A stretch of DNA of 64,000 nt from an uncultured Acidobacteriota bacterium (GCA_963804995.1 CAWDSK010000004.1:128001-192000); one strand, 5' to 3'; positions 1 to 11,002 are shown, counted from the stretch's first letter. Notes: generated by a model from the sequence alone, not told the origin. A program made the numbers and translations.

Positions 1-558
1 CTGGAAGAGTTGCACGGCCGCGTAAATTCCGTGATCGCGGGCGTAAATAAGGCGCGAGCGCATGCGGTCGAAATACTCGGGATTGAACTTGGTCAAATCA
101 AATTTGGGCAGGCCATCGAGCGCCAAGCCCGGGCCCGTGCGCAGATAAGGCAAGGGCTCAAAGAGAATCTTCTCATCTGTCCAGGGCGCGTAGGCCGCAG
201 CCAACCAATGCCAGAAGCGCATGAAATTGTGATTGTGCTTCACCATCATGTCGACGTACGCCGGATAGTCAAACCGCGCCACGGGAGGAAGACCCATATC
301 CTGGAAATTGGCCCAGGTGTGCGACCCGGTCAGAAAAATGGCCCGGCCGCTGCCATCCGTAAAATAGCGGGGGTTGGCAGGGTTGACCTTTAAGGGGCCC
401 GTGGCCGGCCAGCGCGAGGAAACCCATCCTGGGACCTCCTCCTCTGCCCCAGCCTTCAGGTTGGCGGAATAAGAAGGGGATGGCAGCCACAGGCCGGCGG
501 AAATCGCGGCCGCGCCCTTCACCGACTTTTGAAGAAATTCACGTCGGTTGATGTCCAT
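1..558 (-). CDS. Tat-exported protein, putative glycoside-hydrolase-like (DUF6298-like); 3' end runs off the window
   Basis: Manual translation from ATG at 558 (absent from the ORF track): MDINRREFLQKSVKGAAAISAG (twin-arginine signal)...GPLKVNPANPRYFTDGSGRAIFLTGSHTW...KFDLTKFNPEYFDRMR. Open to position 1. Confidence 0.7.
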   Translation of the reverse strand, partial: MDINRREFLQKSVKGAAAISAGLWLPSPSYSANLKAGAEEEVPGWVSSRWPATGPLKVNPANPRYFTDGSGRAIFLTGSHTWANFQDMGLPPVARFDYPAYVDMMVKHNHNFMRFWHWLAAAYAPWTDEKILFEPLPYLRTGPGLALDGLPKFDLTKFNPEYFDRMRSRLIYARDHGIYAAVQLFQ

Positions 559-1042
559 GGATTACCCTCTTCGCTTCTCTCATCCGGTCCGCGACCAGGT
601 ACCACAGGATCCCGATGTTCACCAGCATGGCTCCCACTTTTATCGCCGTCAGGTGTTCCGCAATCAGGTACACCTCAACGGGAATGAATGAGGCGGTGAC
701 GATGATCGTGAAATATTCCCCCCAGGGCTTTCTGAGCACCAACCCCAGGCCCTCCGTCAGGAAGATCCCCGCGTAGAAGAAACTGCCGGCGCCCACTTCT
801 CTTAGCTTGCGGTCGTCCACTGACCACAGTGTCGTCAAGACCTTCTGAAAATACTTATTGTCAGGGTCCACGTGCGCCGCACCGGCCCACTGAAACATAA
901 TATCCACAACGTCGTGATGCACCAGCTTGAACACACCAATCCCCGCCACGACGAGCAGGAGCGCCTTGATCAGCTTATAGATCCCGATGGCCACGAGGCC
1001 GGCGCGACGCGAATCGGCGTTTTGCATTGTGGGCATCTCCAC
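539..1042 (-). CDS. DUF2127-family membrane protein
   Basis: AIGIYKLIKALLL, EGLGL..RKPWGEYFTII and FIPVEVY motifs; about 4 TM segments. Confidence 0.8.
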   Translation of the reverse strand: MEMPTMQNADSRRAGLVAIGIYKLIKALLLVVAGIGVFKLVHHDVVDIMFQWAGAAHVDPDNKYFQKVLTTLWSVDDRKLREVGAGSFFYAGIFLTEGLGLVLRKPWGEYFTIIVTASFIPVEVYLIAEHLTAIKVGAMLVNIGILWYLVADRMREAKRVIHGHQPT

Positions 1043-1429
1043 GAGGGATGACAGATGATCTTGAAAGCTCTAATTCCGGAACCCTGCTTCCCCTGGCAAG
1101 CTTCACTCAAGCCTAGCGCGGACCTGTCTTGCAAGTCCACGGCTTTTTGTTCCAGCGAGCACTCTTCGAGCGCGGTTCACTCTATCATCGAGGGTCGATT
1201 CAGGTGGCTGCAGCCACGGCACCAACAAAATCAAACTGCGGCGCTACCCTCGGCGAAGGAGTGTGGGCCGCTGGCACGGGAAAACCAGTGCAAGTTCGGA
1301 GATCGGGCGGGTGACCGCTTGGCGTCTTGACCGCGGCCATATCTGTGTCAATACCCAGCGCTGCGAAAACACCTTTTCTCACTTCCCTGCTTGGCACGAT
1401 CGACCCCTTCTATGGTGAAAGAAAACTGC

Positions 1430-1697
1430 TAACTACATTTCTTTTCATAGACATCATGGGCTAGCTACACTAACTAGCTTATTTTTCAGTAATATAATGG
1501 GTTCAATGGAGACTGAAATCTTTTCTACATGTGTTTTCAGCAACATCATGGGTTCATCCTTCATTTTTAATTCCCCCTTTTTCACTGCGCCCACGCCATT
1601 GTCATGCGCTATGTTATTTAATCTCAGACACATAGACGTTTGGACATTTCTGCCATTTTACAGCTAACTACCTTTGTTTTCTAGTATATCATGGGTT
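1430..1697. repeat. AT-rich array of spaced degenerate repeats, core TTTTCAnnnAyATmATGGG
   Basis: Cores at 1442, 1483, 1534 and 1677, plus a weaker one near 1610-1638; same architecture as the array at 48981-49231. Confidence 0.65.
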
Positions 1698-1795
1698 AGA
1701 ACGTCCTCTTCGCTCGCTTCCACGGGTTCCATTTAGCGCTCTCGGCGTTTTATTTTCACTAAATTCTCCGACCAGGGCCAGAGTCCTTCAAATTA
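1664..1795 (-). pseudogene. Decayed C-terminal remnant of a paralog of the 49224..50114 gene
   Basis: Translates as LWPWSENLVKIKRRER*...THDILENKGS*, versus VWRITNLLMKIK...CSQ*HNENKGS* at the end of the 49 kb gene. Confidence 0.45.
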
Positions 1796-1863
1796 AGCCT
1801 ACTATAAATCGCGATGGTTTTCAAGGCCCAATTCCTACCCTTGGACCTAATACGCCGATCTAG

Positions 1864-3500
1864 GAGCCCGTCGGAGATACGGCCCCACAATCTTACTTTT
1901 TACCGACTCTCGTTCTCCGCGAACCGAATGTTAGGCATTTGACGCTGGCCAGGCCGTCCACGCGAGCAACGGGGTCGGTTGGGCCAGCGCTTTCAGGCCC
2001 TTTGGGGGCTCCATCCCGAGCGGAAGAGTTTCAACAGGTTGTGCGTGGCACAGATCATCTGCCATTCCGCCTGCACTTTCCTCAGTCCTCGCAGCAGGAA
2101 TCTCCGAAACCCGCGCGCCTCTTTGATCTGTCCAAAGACCGGTTCCACCACCGCCTTGCGCAGTTTATAAACCGCCTGTCCTTCCGCCGTGCGCAGCTTG
2201 TGCCGCATCTGCTCGGCCACGCTGGCCCCGGAGGGCGGAGGCCCGGTCGTGACGGGCGGTTTCTCGCTGTGCTTCTGAGCGTCCGGCGCTACGAACAGAT
2301 CGATCTCCCGCACCTGCGCATCGGTGACGTTGGGCTCGCTGAAATACCCGTTGTCCGCCGTCGCTTGCCGCGGCGGTCGCCCCATCTGCGCTTTCACTTC
2401 CTTCAGCATCGGTACCAACTGCTTCTTGTCGTTGGCTTCCTGCGTCACCGCCGCCCCCACGATCACTTGCGCGTGACTGTCCACCGCCGCCTGGGCGTTA
2501 TAGGCTTGCACAAACTCTTTCGTCGCTCCGTCCTTCATGATGCGCGAATCCGGGTCGGTAAAATTCCGTTGCGCTTGGGGCTCCGGTTTCGCCGCTTCCG
2601 CGTCCGGCGCCTGCGGCGGTCGGCCCCCGAACTTCCGCCCCCGTTCCCGTTCCTGCTTCGCCCGCTCCTTTAATTGCGCCGCCACCTCCGCCTGCTTCTT
2701 TTCCGCCGCCTCTTTTGCCTCTTGCTCCAGTGCCGCCTTCGCCTCCCGAATCTTCTCTAACCGGCTCTCGCGCCGCGCCAGTTCCTTCGGCAGTTCGTCG
2801 CCGCGCTTACCCTTCCCATATTTTCCATCTTCCTCGGCGTCTACCCGTGCCGCCTCGGCCAGCAGCGCCTGCACTTCCGCGGCTAATTCCTTCTCCGCCT
2901 TCTCCATCCGCTCGTAGCTCATCGCCTTGTGCTTCGAGGCGTTGGCCTTGATCTTCGTCCCGTCCAGCGCCACGTGCCCCAGCTTCACCAGGCCCGCCCG
3001 CTGGCACAACTGCAACACCTGCACGAACAATTGCGCCAAGGGCACCAAGTGCTCCTGCCGGAAGGTCGCGATCGTGTCGTGATCCGGATGCTGGTCGGCC
3101 GCCAAATACCGGAACGCCACGTCCTCGTACGTCGCCCGCTCGATCCGTCGCGAACTCGCCACCCCTCGGCAGTAACCGTAAATCAGCACCCGGACCATCA
3201 TCCGCGGATCGTACGCCGCCAGCCCCCGCCCATCTCCCGCTTCGTACTTCGCGTAAATCGCCGACAGGTCTAAGGCTTCCACCACCTCCGCCACGAACCG
3301 CGCCAGGTGACCCTCCGGCAGCCAATCCTGCAACGAGGGCGGGAGCAAGTACGCCTGATTTAAATCGCAACTCCGAAACTGTTTGCCCATAACTCCATCT
3401 TACAACATCTTCTAAAACTATCAATAATCAATCCAATGCCCCCCCCGAAAATCTTGCGACTGGATCCCTCCTGCGGCCAAAATCTATCTCCGACAGGCTC
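1864..3500 (-). mobile_element. IS1182-family insertion sequence
   Basis: 16-bp terminal IRs GAGCCCGTCGGAGATA / GAGCCTGTCGGAGATA; CTAG flanks both ends (1860-1863, 3501-3504); transposase inside. Confidence 0.9.
1993..3390 (-). CDS. IS1182-family DDE transposase
   Basis: LLPPSLQDWLPEGHLARF, SSRRIE, VALDGTKIKANASK, TDPDSRIM, ADNGY, VEPVFGQIK motifs. Confidence 0.95.
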   Translation of the reverse strand: MGKQFRSCDLNQAYLLPPSLQDWLPEGHLARFVAEVVEALDLSAIYAKYEAGDGRGLAAYDPRMMVRVLIYGYCRGVASSRRIERATYEDVAFRYLAADQHPDHDTIATFRQEHLVPLAQLFVQVLQLCQRAGLVKLGHVALDGTKIKANASKHKAMSYERMEKAEKELAAEVQALLAEAARVDAEEDGKYGKGKRGDELPKELARRESRLEKIREAKAALEQEAKEAAEKKQAEVAAQLKERAKQERERGRKFGGRPPQAPDAEAAKPEPQAQRNFTDPDSRIMKDGATKEFVQAYNAQAAVDSHAQVIVGAAVTQEANDKKQLVPMLKEVKAQMGRPPRQATADNGYFSEPNVTDAQVREIDLFVAPDAQKHSEKPPVTTGPPPSGASVAEQMRHKLRTAEGQAVYKLRKAVVEPVFGQIKEARGFRRFLLRGLRKVQAEWQMICATHNLLKLFRSGWSPQRA

Positions 3501-3519
3501 CTAGGGAACAAACTTCCGA

Positions 3520-3576
3520 TTCTTTTATCTGTACGACTCTTTCATTCGCGAGTCCTTGCCAGTTTATCCCGGCGCT
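3520..3576 (-). other. Degenerate 5'-end remnant of a group II intron
   Basis: TTTCATTCGCGAGTCCTTGCCAGTTTATCCCGGCGC resembles TTTCATTCTCTGCTTTCTGCCGGTTTATCCCGGCGCAC, the 5' end of the intact intron at 63624-63661. Confidence 0.55.
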
Positions 3577-3732
3577 ATCCAGGGCTGCGCCGAGTGCCAC
3601 AACGGCGAACTGAGACAACACATGCATCCATGTTGTCAAGAGAGTTAGGAACTATAAATGGACAGCCGTGTTGCGATGAACATCGAAAAGAGGTGTGCAC
3701 TCGGGCTAACTATCAAGGACGTTGATGATGGG

Positions 3733-3766
3733 TTTTCAACAGGTCTGTTGAAAAGTATGTGGAAAA
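3733..3766. promoter_or_regulatory. Cluster of DnaA-box-like 9-mers
   Basis: TTTTCAACA (3733), TGTTGAAAA (3746) and TGTGGAAAA (3758) in an AT-rich intergenic region. Confidence 0.35.
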
Positions 3767-4008
3767 CCTAGGCCTAGATTACGGTAACGTTAAAACTCTG
3801 AACAGCTTTTAACACTTTGCACCAACCTGTAGCATTCTTCACAGACTCACCACTTGTAGGGCGCCACCATCCAATTTCGTCGGTGAAGAACCTGAATGCA
3901 AAATGGCCTTCACCTGACAAAGGGTGGAATGTGATCTCCTGCAAGTAGACAGAACGGACTCAACCAGAAGGCAGGAAGAGGAAACTTGATGTAGAACGTG
4001 TTACACAC

Positions 4009-4425
4009 TTACAACAACGGCTGGGGCTTCTTGAGTTTAACCTCAATCAATTGATTGTCGTTTTCCAATTGGTATTCTTTGCCAAAGCTCTGGTGCCGGT
4101 CAGCAGTAACGAACAGCCGAATGGATCCTTTATAGACGTTTGTGAACTTGTATCGGCCCTGAGCATTGGTCTTCGCGCTATAAGAGAGCTTCTTCGGCAG
4201 TTTCAACTCGTTGAGGTTACCTGGCTCATGAAATTCCAGGGTCAAGCGCGCTTGGCTGATGGGTTGCCCGCTCTCGGAGTCCTTCACTTCTACATTGACG
4301 CTGGCGGTGGTATTATCCTGTCTCTTGTCCTGCGCAAGGATGGGCCGCACCAACCCCGCGGACAGAAAAATTCCCACACACAATAGCCCCTTCAACATGA
4401 ATCTCGGGGAATGAGACGAAAACAT
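4009..4425 (-). CDS. Secreted protein with a carboxypeptidase-regulatory-like (transthyretin-like) domain; start uncertain
   Basis: Signal peptide, then VEVKDSESGQPISQARLTL...KTNAQGRYKF. Confidence 0.65.
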   Translation of the reverse strand: MFSSHSPRFMLKGLLCVGIFLSAGLVRPILAQDKRQDNTTASVNVEVKDSESGQPISQARLTLEFHEPGNLNELKLPKKLSYSAKTNAQGRYKFTNVYKGSIRLFVTADRHQSFGKEYQLENDNQLIEVKLKKPQPLL

Positions 4426-4569
4426 AGGATCTAACCTCCTGTGCAATGATAACTCAATTCGCTCTGAATCAGAGTCTTCTAGTACTCTCATCCTGTAATT
4501 TCTTCTCGGACCATTGACATCAATCGACGAGTCCGATAACTTCGCGGCCTCGCACAAAGGTCTAGCGCC

Positions 4570-5520
4570 TCAGATCAGCGGTGTAAGGCGCACTTTCCGA
4601 AATTGCACCTTGCCGTGATCACCCTGCAGCATAATCGGCCCCGGCCCTTTTTCGTCGGCGTTGAGCGCGCCGCCCGTTAATCCCGGCACCTCGCCGTTGT
4701 CGATGATTTCCTTTCCGTTCAGGACCACCGTCACGTGGTTGGCGATCAGCGTTATGTCATAGGTCTGCCACTCCCCCGCGGGCTTGTCCGCATTGACGGC
4801 GGGAACGATGAACCCGTAGAGAGCCCCCTGGCTATGAACATCCAGCGGTCGGCCATAACCGTCCAGCACCTGGATCTCATACCGGCCACGGAGATAGACG
4901 CCGCTGTTACTTTGCGGGTCCACGTTGAACTCAACTTCCAGCTTGAAGTCGTTAAACTTTTGCGTGGTATAGATGTTGTTGGCGCCCTTGCCCTCATTCA
5001 TCAGGATGCCATCTTTGACTGACCACCCCATGGGGCGGCGTGGGTCCTGGCACAGCCAGTTGGACACATCCTTACCATTGAACAGGTCGATAGGCTTTCC
5101 AGGCCTTCGCTTGGGAGGAGTCGCAGGCCACACCGGACCGCGTTCGCCGCTCCACGAAAGTGGCTCGCCCCTTACCAGCGCCGTTCCCACCAGTTGCCCG
5201 TCCTTCAAAGTCCCTTGCCATACTTGCGGGGTTTCCGGTTTTCCTTGGGGATATTGGAATTTCAGCTCGCCACTTTCGATGCTAACCTGCGGCAGATCGA
5301 AAACCGCGCCACCGCCAGGATTGAAGCGGCCTTTGAGCACTCCTTCTTCCCGTCTCAACTCCAGCCAGCAGATCCTTGGCCGCCCGGATTGTGAACCCGT
5401 CGCGGTAATATCCCATCGACCCAGGAAGGCATCATCGCCTGCCGGACTAGCGAATGTACTGACCGCCCATGCCAGCGTGACCGTCAATATCGTAAGGACT
5501 GCAGATATCCGTAAGCGCAT
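4570..5520 (-). CDS. DUF1080 / 3-keto-disaccharide hydrolase family protein
   Basis: LFNGKD, NSGVYLRGRYEIQVLD, GEWQTYDI and GPIMLQGDH..VQFR motifs; signal peptide. Confidence 0.9.
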   Translation of the reverse strand: MRLRISAVLTILTVTLAWAVSTFASPAGDDAFLGRWDITATGSQSGRPRICWLELRREEGVLKGRFNPGGGAVFDLPQVSIESGELKFQYPQGKPETPQVWQGTLKDGQLVGTALVRGEPLSWSGERGPVWPATPPKRRPGKPIDLFNGKDVSNWLCQDPRRPMGWSVKDGILMNEGKGANNIYTTQKFNDFKLEVEFNVDPQSNSGVYLRGRYEIQVLDGYGRPLDVHSQGALYGFIVPAVNADKPAGEWQTYDITLIANHVTVVLNGKEIIDNGEVPGLTGGALNADEKGPGPIMLQGDHGKVQFRKVRLTPLI

Positions 5521-5653
5521 AAATGGACCTTCCCTTTCTTTTGAGCAAACTTGCCAGATTATCGGTTAGCGTGAGTTTCTTACTATGGTTTTGGAAGGGT
5601 GGGGCTTATGGTTTTTGAATTCCTTAAATTCTTAAACGTCCCGAACCTTCAAG

Positions 5654-5724
5654 TGACCCCTCACCCGTCCCGCCCCGGCTGGTGAAAACGCCGGCGGCGG
5701 TCCACCCTCTCCCCTCGGAGAGGG
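5654..5724. repeat. REP-like palindromic element, family A (further copies at about 8361-8430 inverted and 53892-53960)
   Basis: Shared GACCCCTCACCCG.CCCGCCCCGGCTG.TGAAAACGC...GTCCACCCTCTCCCC. Confidence 0.7.
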
Positions 5725-5770
5725 CTATTATTCAAGGTGGTGCAAGCCCCCTTTCACCCCGATGCGGAAA

Positions 5771-7288
5771 TCAGGTCGCCTGGGCAGCCCCAAAGTGCAC
5801 TGGCCGCGCCAATCGCCTTTCGATGGCGACAACTATCAGACCACACATCCCCAGTTGCAAGGCTATGGCCAGTAGGGCGATCACCCAAGAGCTTGGCGGC
5901 GTGGCGATTTGGCCGAGCAGCGCGTAGGCGGTCAGCAAGGACATGACCTTGGGAGAAGTGGAAACCCCGAAAGTTGACACTACAAAACCAACCATGCCCA
6001 CGGCCGAGTAATAGAGCACGAGGAAAAGGACTCCTTTCATTACAGGATGCTTCATTCGCGTCAGCAGGCACCACTGGAGAAAAAGGACATCGCGGGTGGT
6101 GAAGACCAGTAAAGCCGCAAGCACCAACGCGGCAAATCCCAGCCGCCACTCTCCCAAGGGAATCGCTGAACGCAACCCGCCGGCCTCCGCCGCCAGCATG
6201 CCATAGGCAATCGCCGCCGACGGCACAAGCCAAGGCCACGGCAATCCATTGGTCGCGAGATACGACGTTTCTCCAGCCTTCCACTGGCGCCACCAGACCT
6301 TTAGTTTCTCGTGGGGGCTCAGCGCCGCGACGCCGATCAGGAATAGGAAAAACGCGTTCCAGGCTACCGCAAATGTCGTAAGGTCATAGGGGTAAAGGGA
6401 GTGCGAAAGTGACATGGTGCTGGATGGAGTCCTGATCATGCGTGTATCCAGAAACGCGTAGAAGAGGAAATTCCAAAACGCCACCAGCCCCACGCACTGC
6501 CACCGAGAGAGAAGCTGGATTTGTGGCAAGTCCCGCTTGAGATTGCGCACAATCATCAGCACGAACCACGCCCCCAAAAGCACATAAAGGGCGAGAGAGA
6601 GCACGACACAAGGGACTCGCACACCGAAGACGGTGGGAGAAAGAAATGCTATATCGAAATTCACCCCGTGCAGGGAGAAAAGAGCGGGGAATACGCTGAT
6701 GGTAGTAAATCCCGGGAATGGGCTCTCCGCAAACGCCGCGAAGAAAAGATTTGCGGTGAGTCCCAGCAAGCCAATGGCCCCAGAGCTCGACTTTTCAACC
6801 AGCATGGATCCCCAGAATGCGGCCAAGCTGTAAAAGAGATTGAAAACCGGGAGGAGGATAACTGACCACAGGACGGCTGCCGGGCGAATGCCCCCCAACA
6901 ACCCTGCCACAATCGAGAGGGGGAGCGTGCAGGCCACGATGAAATAAGCTATGATCGGGGCGCCCAACAACTTGCCTGCCAGGATTTCCCCCGGGCTGAG
7001 ACGCGTGGTTTTTAGGAAGTCGAAGGTCTTTAACTCCCTCTCCCGCGCTACCGCCTGCCCGCAAGTTCCGGCGGACCAGACTCCCAAAACCACATACTGA
7101 CTGCCCAGTAACCAGCCGTAGAAGTCCGCCAAGAAACCTTTGATATTGCCGGGATTCGCGGACCAGCATCCCATGGCCATCAAGGCACAGACGAACAGGG
7201 TGATGGCGGCGGTCAGGGCCGCGCGCGCGGGTCGAAGGTCTGACCGCACATGAAGTATCAGCAGCGGGTTGCGCCAGAACCTGAGCAC
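5771..7288 (-). CDS. ABC transporter permease
   Basis: Multi-TM; ARERELKTFDFLKTT..PGEILAGKL motif; adjoins the ABC ATPase. Confidence 0.8.
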   Translation of the reverse strand: MLRFWRNPLLILHVRSDLRPARAALTAAITLFVCALMAMGCWSANPGNIKGFLADFYGWLLGSQYVVLGVWSAGTCGQAVARERELKTFDFLKTTRLSPGEILAGKLLGAPIIAYFIVACTLPLSIVAGLLGGIRPAAVLWSVILLPVFNLFYSLAAFWGSMLVEKSSSGAIGLLGLTANLFFAAFAESPFPGFTTISVFPALFSLHGVNFDIAFLSPTVFGVRVPCVVLSLALYVLLGAWFVLMIVRNLKRDLPQIQLLSRWQCVGLVAFWNFLFYAFLDTRMIRTPSSTMSLSHSLYPYDLTTFAVAWNAFFLFLIGVAALSPHEKLKVWWRQWKAGETSYLATNGLPWPWLVPSAAIAYGMLAAEAGGLRSAIPLGEWRLGFAALVLAALLVFTTRDVLFLQWCLLTRMKHPVMKGVLFLVLYYSAVGMVGFVVSTFGVSTSPKVMSLLTAYALLGQIATPPSSWVIALLAIALQLGMCGLIVVAIERRLARPVHFGAAQAT

Positions 7289-8244
7289 TACATCACCTCG
7301 TGATGCGAAAGTTTCAGGTAAAGATCTTCCACGGTTTGCTTGACCTCGCCGAAGGTCAAAACTCTCACGCCGGCGGCCACTAAGCCGGCCAGAACGGCGG
7401 CAAGTTCTTCTTCCGAGCCCGCAAACTTGAACACCGCCAGTGAACCCTGCACCATTAGCCCTGAGACCTGCGCGTTCTCCGCCAACTTGGCGCGTACTGC
7501 GGCCTCACCCTGCCCCACCCAGCCGAGGCGCACCACGCGGCACTGGCTTTCGGCGGCGGAAATCGATTCGATGCTGCCGCTGCGAATCATCTGCCCTTTT
7601 TCCATCAGGCCAATGGATGTGCAGAAGCCTTCGAGTTCAGTAAGGATGTGCGAGGAAATCAGAATCGTCGTCCCCTGGTCGCGCAGCCCACGCAGCAGGT
7701 TGCGCAAATCCAGGCGCGCCTTGGGGTCCAACCCCGAGGCCGGCTCATCCAGCAACAAAACCTTGGGCCGGTGGATGATCGCCCGCGCAATGCCCAGCCG
7801 CTGCTTCATGCCGCGCGAAAGGCCCTTGATCATGGCGTCCTGCTTCACTTCGAGATCAACTTGCTGGATCACCTCGTCGATGCGCGCCGGGATATCCGCC
7901 TCCCGCATCTTGTAGGCGTGCGCGAAGAAGTCAAGGTATTCCCAGACCTTCAGGTCCTCGTAAACCGAGAAGAAATCCGAGAGGTAGCCGATGAACTGCT
8001 GGGCGCGCTCCGGCTCTTCATGCACCTCTACTCCGCAGACGCTGGCGCGGCCGCTGGTGGGCTCAAGCAGGCCACACGCCATGCGAATGGTGGTGGTCTT
8101 TCCGGCGCCGTTGGGGCCAATCAGGCCGTAAATCTCCCCCTCGGGAATAGACACGTCCAGGTCCTGGACCGCGACCAGGTCGTCAAACTCCTTGCGCAAC
8201 TTGGTCATCTCAATGACAGCAGACAAGTGGCCTCCTGCGTGCAC
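7288..8244 (-). CDS. ABC transporter ATP-binding protein
   Basis: Walker A GPNGAGKTT, signature LSRGMKQ, Walker B LLLDEP, H-loop ISSH. Confidence 0.95.
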   Translation of the reverse strand: MHAGGHLSAVIEMTKLRKEFDDLVAVQDLDVSIPEGEIYGLIGPNGAGKTTTIRMACGLLEPTSGRASVCGVEVHEEPERAQQFIGYLSDFFSVYEDLKVWEYLDFFAHAYKMREADIPARIDEVIQQVDLEVKQDAMIKGLSRGMKQRLGIARAIIHRPKVLLLDEPASGLDPKARLDLRNLLRGLRDQGTTILISSHILTELEGFCTSIGLMEKGQMIRSGSIESISAAESQCRVVRLGWVGQGEAAVRAKLAENAQVSGLMVQGSLAVFKFAGSEEELAAVLAGLVAAGVRVLTFGEVKQTVEDLYLKLSHHEVM

Positions 8245-8562
8245 AACTCTTATACTCTACGCAGCAAAGTAGTAAATTCATATCTTTCTCAGAACCATTT
8301 CTGCGCCTAATCTCCGTTTGGTCGTGGCCCCGCCGCGAGGCCAACAACGTGAATAAATAGCCCTCTCCCTGGGGAGAGGGTGGACCGCTGTCGGCGCTTT
8401 AACCAGCCGGAGCGGGATGGGTGAGGGGTCTTTCCGGCAGTACTTTACTCAGTGCGCACTCACGGGCCATCCTCACGAACCCCTCCAGATCTTCCTTCAC
8501 CTGCCCATTTGGCAAGCGCACTTACGTCAAGTTCCACGGCCACATCAACCTCAAACAGTTAG

Positions 8563-8670
8563 CGTAGCGCATCTCCGCCGTTGAGGTCTGCGGTTCTTAG
8601 TTCGGTTCACGTTACCAAATTCGCGGACAGCCCCCATCATCAAAACCTCAGGTCTTTCGCATGAAGAGCC
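8563..8670. repeat. GTAG-type REP/REPIN-like element, family B (further copies at about 59455-59620, 60528-60650, 61585-61692, and 61741-61748 joined to 63662-63792)
   Basis: Shared GTAGCGCAGACCTCCGCCGTTGAGGTCTGCGG hairpin and downstream similarity. Confidence 0.75.
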
Positions 8671-8717
8671 GCTGCCTTTTGACTTTCTTTGGCGCCTCTC
8701 CCGCCCTACAAAGCAGC

Positions 8718-9083
8718 CTACCCTCCACTTCCCTTCCCGGCAACGTCTTCTTCCGCAGGGCTGGCGGGTTTCACGGAATCGCTCACCCACTGCAAGTAGT
8801 TGCGTGAGCCGTCGATGATGGGCAGACAGATGATCTCCGGCGTATGATAACTGTGCACCTTGGAAATCGCCGCCTTGATTTCCGGAAACAACTCGCGCGT
8901 GCTTTTGATGAGGAGTTGGTATTCCTTATCGTCCGCGATCTTCCCTTCCCAGCGATAGAGGGATTCAATAGGCTGCGTGATGTTAACGCAGGCGGCGAGC
9001 TTCGCCTCCACCAAGTGCCGCGCAATCTTCCGGCACTCGCGCTTGCTCGCGGCCGTCACCATGATTACGACTTTGTCAGTCAC
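8718..9083 (-). CDS. cutA: Divalent-cation tolerance protein CutA
   Basis: LVEAKLAACVN, SLYRWEG and HSYHTPEII motifs. Confidence 0.92.
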   Translation of the reverse strand: MTDKVVIMVTAASKRECRKIARHLVEAKLAACVNITQPIESLYRWEGKIADDKEYQLLIKSTRELFPEIKAAISKVHSYHTPEIICLPIIDGSRNYLQWVSDSVKPASPAEEDVAGKGSGG

Positions 9084-9115
9084 GGGTCCTCCTCACGACG
9101 AGGGGTCGGCCAAAG

Positions 9116-9351
9116 GGCGGGTGTGGGTCATTTTGAAGTGCCACGGGCGTCCGAAGCTGTGAAAAAATACCATTTTCACCGCTGAGACGCAGAGAAATGA
9201 CCCTTTGTTTTCAAACCTCTGCGCCTCCGTGTCTCCGCGGTGAAAGGTTTGATGGGATTTTTTCACACCTTCTCCCGCCCGTGTCCGGTCACGGCCAAGA
9301 CCCCGATGGATCGGGGCAGGTAGGCCGTGGCACCTCAAAATGAGTCACCGC
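9116..9351. repeat. MITE-like element with imperfect terminal IRs of about 28 bp and a nested CACCGC...GCGGTG hairpin repeat (related copy at 60664-60740)
   Basis: GGTCATTTTGAAGTGCCACGG ... CCGTGGCACCTCAAAATGAGTC. Confidence 0.55.
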
Positions 9352-9461
9352 CCGAAAGGCAGCTTGCTTGCACGGGACTTGCAGCAAAAGATACAATGGG
9401 GAGCGACGGGAAGCAACCAATTCCACTTGGGTGTCTCCGGTGGGCGGGTTGTCTTTGAGCC

Positions 9462-9794
9462 ATGAGTGATTCTGAGTTCGACAAATCCGCGTTCTACCGG
9501 AATGGCGCCCTGGTACTGTTGCTGGTCGCTATTGCGCTAATCGTGCACAACATCTTCGGCCAGAACGGCTACCTGGCGTTGCGGCGGCAGCAACAGGAAC
9601 TTCAAACGTTGCAACAGAAGATTGAGCAGCTCAAGCAGGAAAACGAGCAGTTGGATAAGCAGATTAAAGCGTTGAAGTCAGATCCCGCCGCCATCGAGCG
9701 CCTGGCGCGCGAACAGATGCACCTCGTAAAACCTGGAGAGAAAGTTTACACGCTGCCCGATAAAGAGCAGAAAGCAGAAGGCGGAAAGCAGTAG
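9462..9794 (+). CDS. ftsB: Septum formation initiator FtsB/DivIC family
   Basis: One TM, GQNG, coiled coil, IERLAREQMHLVKPGE. Confidence 0.88.
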   Translation: MSDSEFDKSAFYRNGALVLLLVAIALIVHNIFGQNGYLALRRQQQELQTLQQKIEQLKQENEQLDKQIKALKSDPAAIERLAREQMHLVKPGEKVYTLPDKEQKAEGGKQ

Positions 9795-9980
9795 GCAGAA
9801 GGCGGAAAGCAGAAGGCAGCGAGCGTTTTGTGCGAGTCCCGACAGAGTCGGGATAGGCAGCGAGCGCTTGGTGCGAGTCCCGACAGAGTCGGGATAGGCA
9901 GAAAGCTGTTCCCTGTTCCCTGTTCCCTATTCCCTGTCCCCTGTTCCCTATTCCCTGTCCCCTAACCCCTATTCCCTGCC
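9767..9980. repeat. Heptamer tandem repeats (GCAGAAR)n and (CTRTTCC)n, with a 41-bp tandem duplication (9814-9895) carrying TCCCGACAGAGTCGGGA
   Basis: Directly visible periodicity between the convergent ftsB and thiG. Confidence 0.8.
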
Positions 9981-10761
<781 letters not shown>

Positions 10762-11002
10762 TTTTTCACCTCGTTGTCGATTCTAGCAGGTATCAGGTTT
10801 GCTTGCACTTGCGCCCAATGCTATAATCGGACCAACATAAGTAAGGCCCGCAATTGGCTTAAGCCTTATGGGAGCGCAGGCGCCAAGCAAGGCTCCCAAT
10901 AAGGCAAAGGCATGGGGGCGCGATCAACAGCGCTCCGGGCTTGGGTGAATGGGGAGGGGAGTAAGTTTTGAGGGGTGCCGCGTGCGCGGTCCCACTAACT
11001 CC

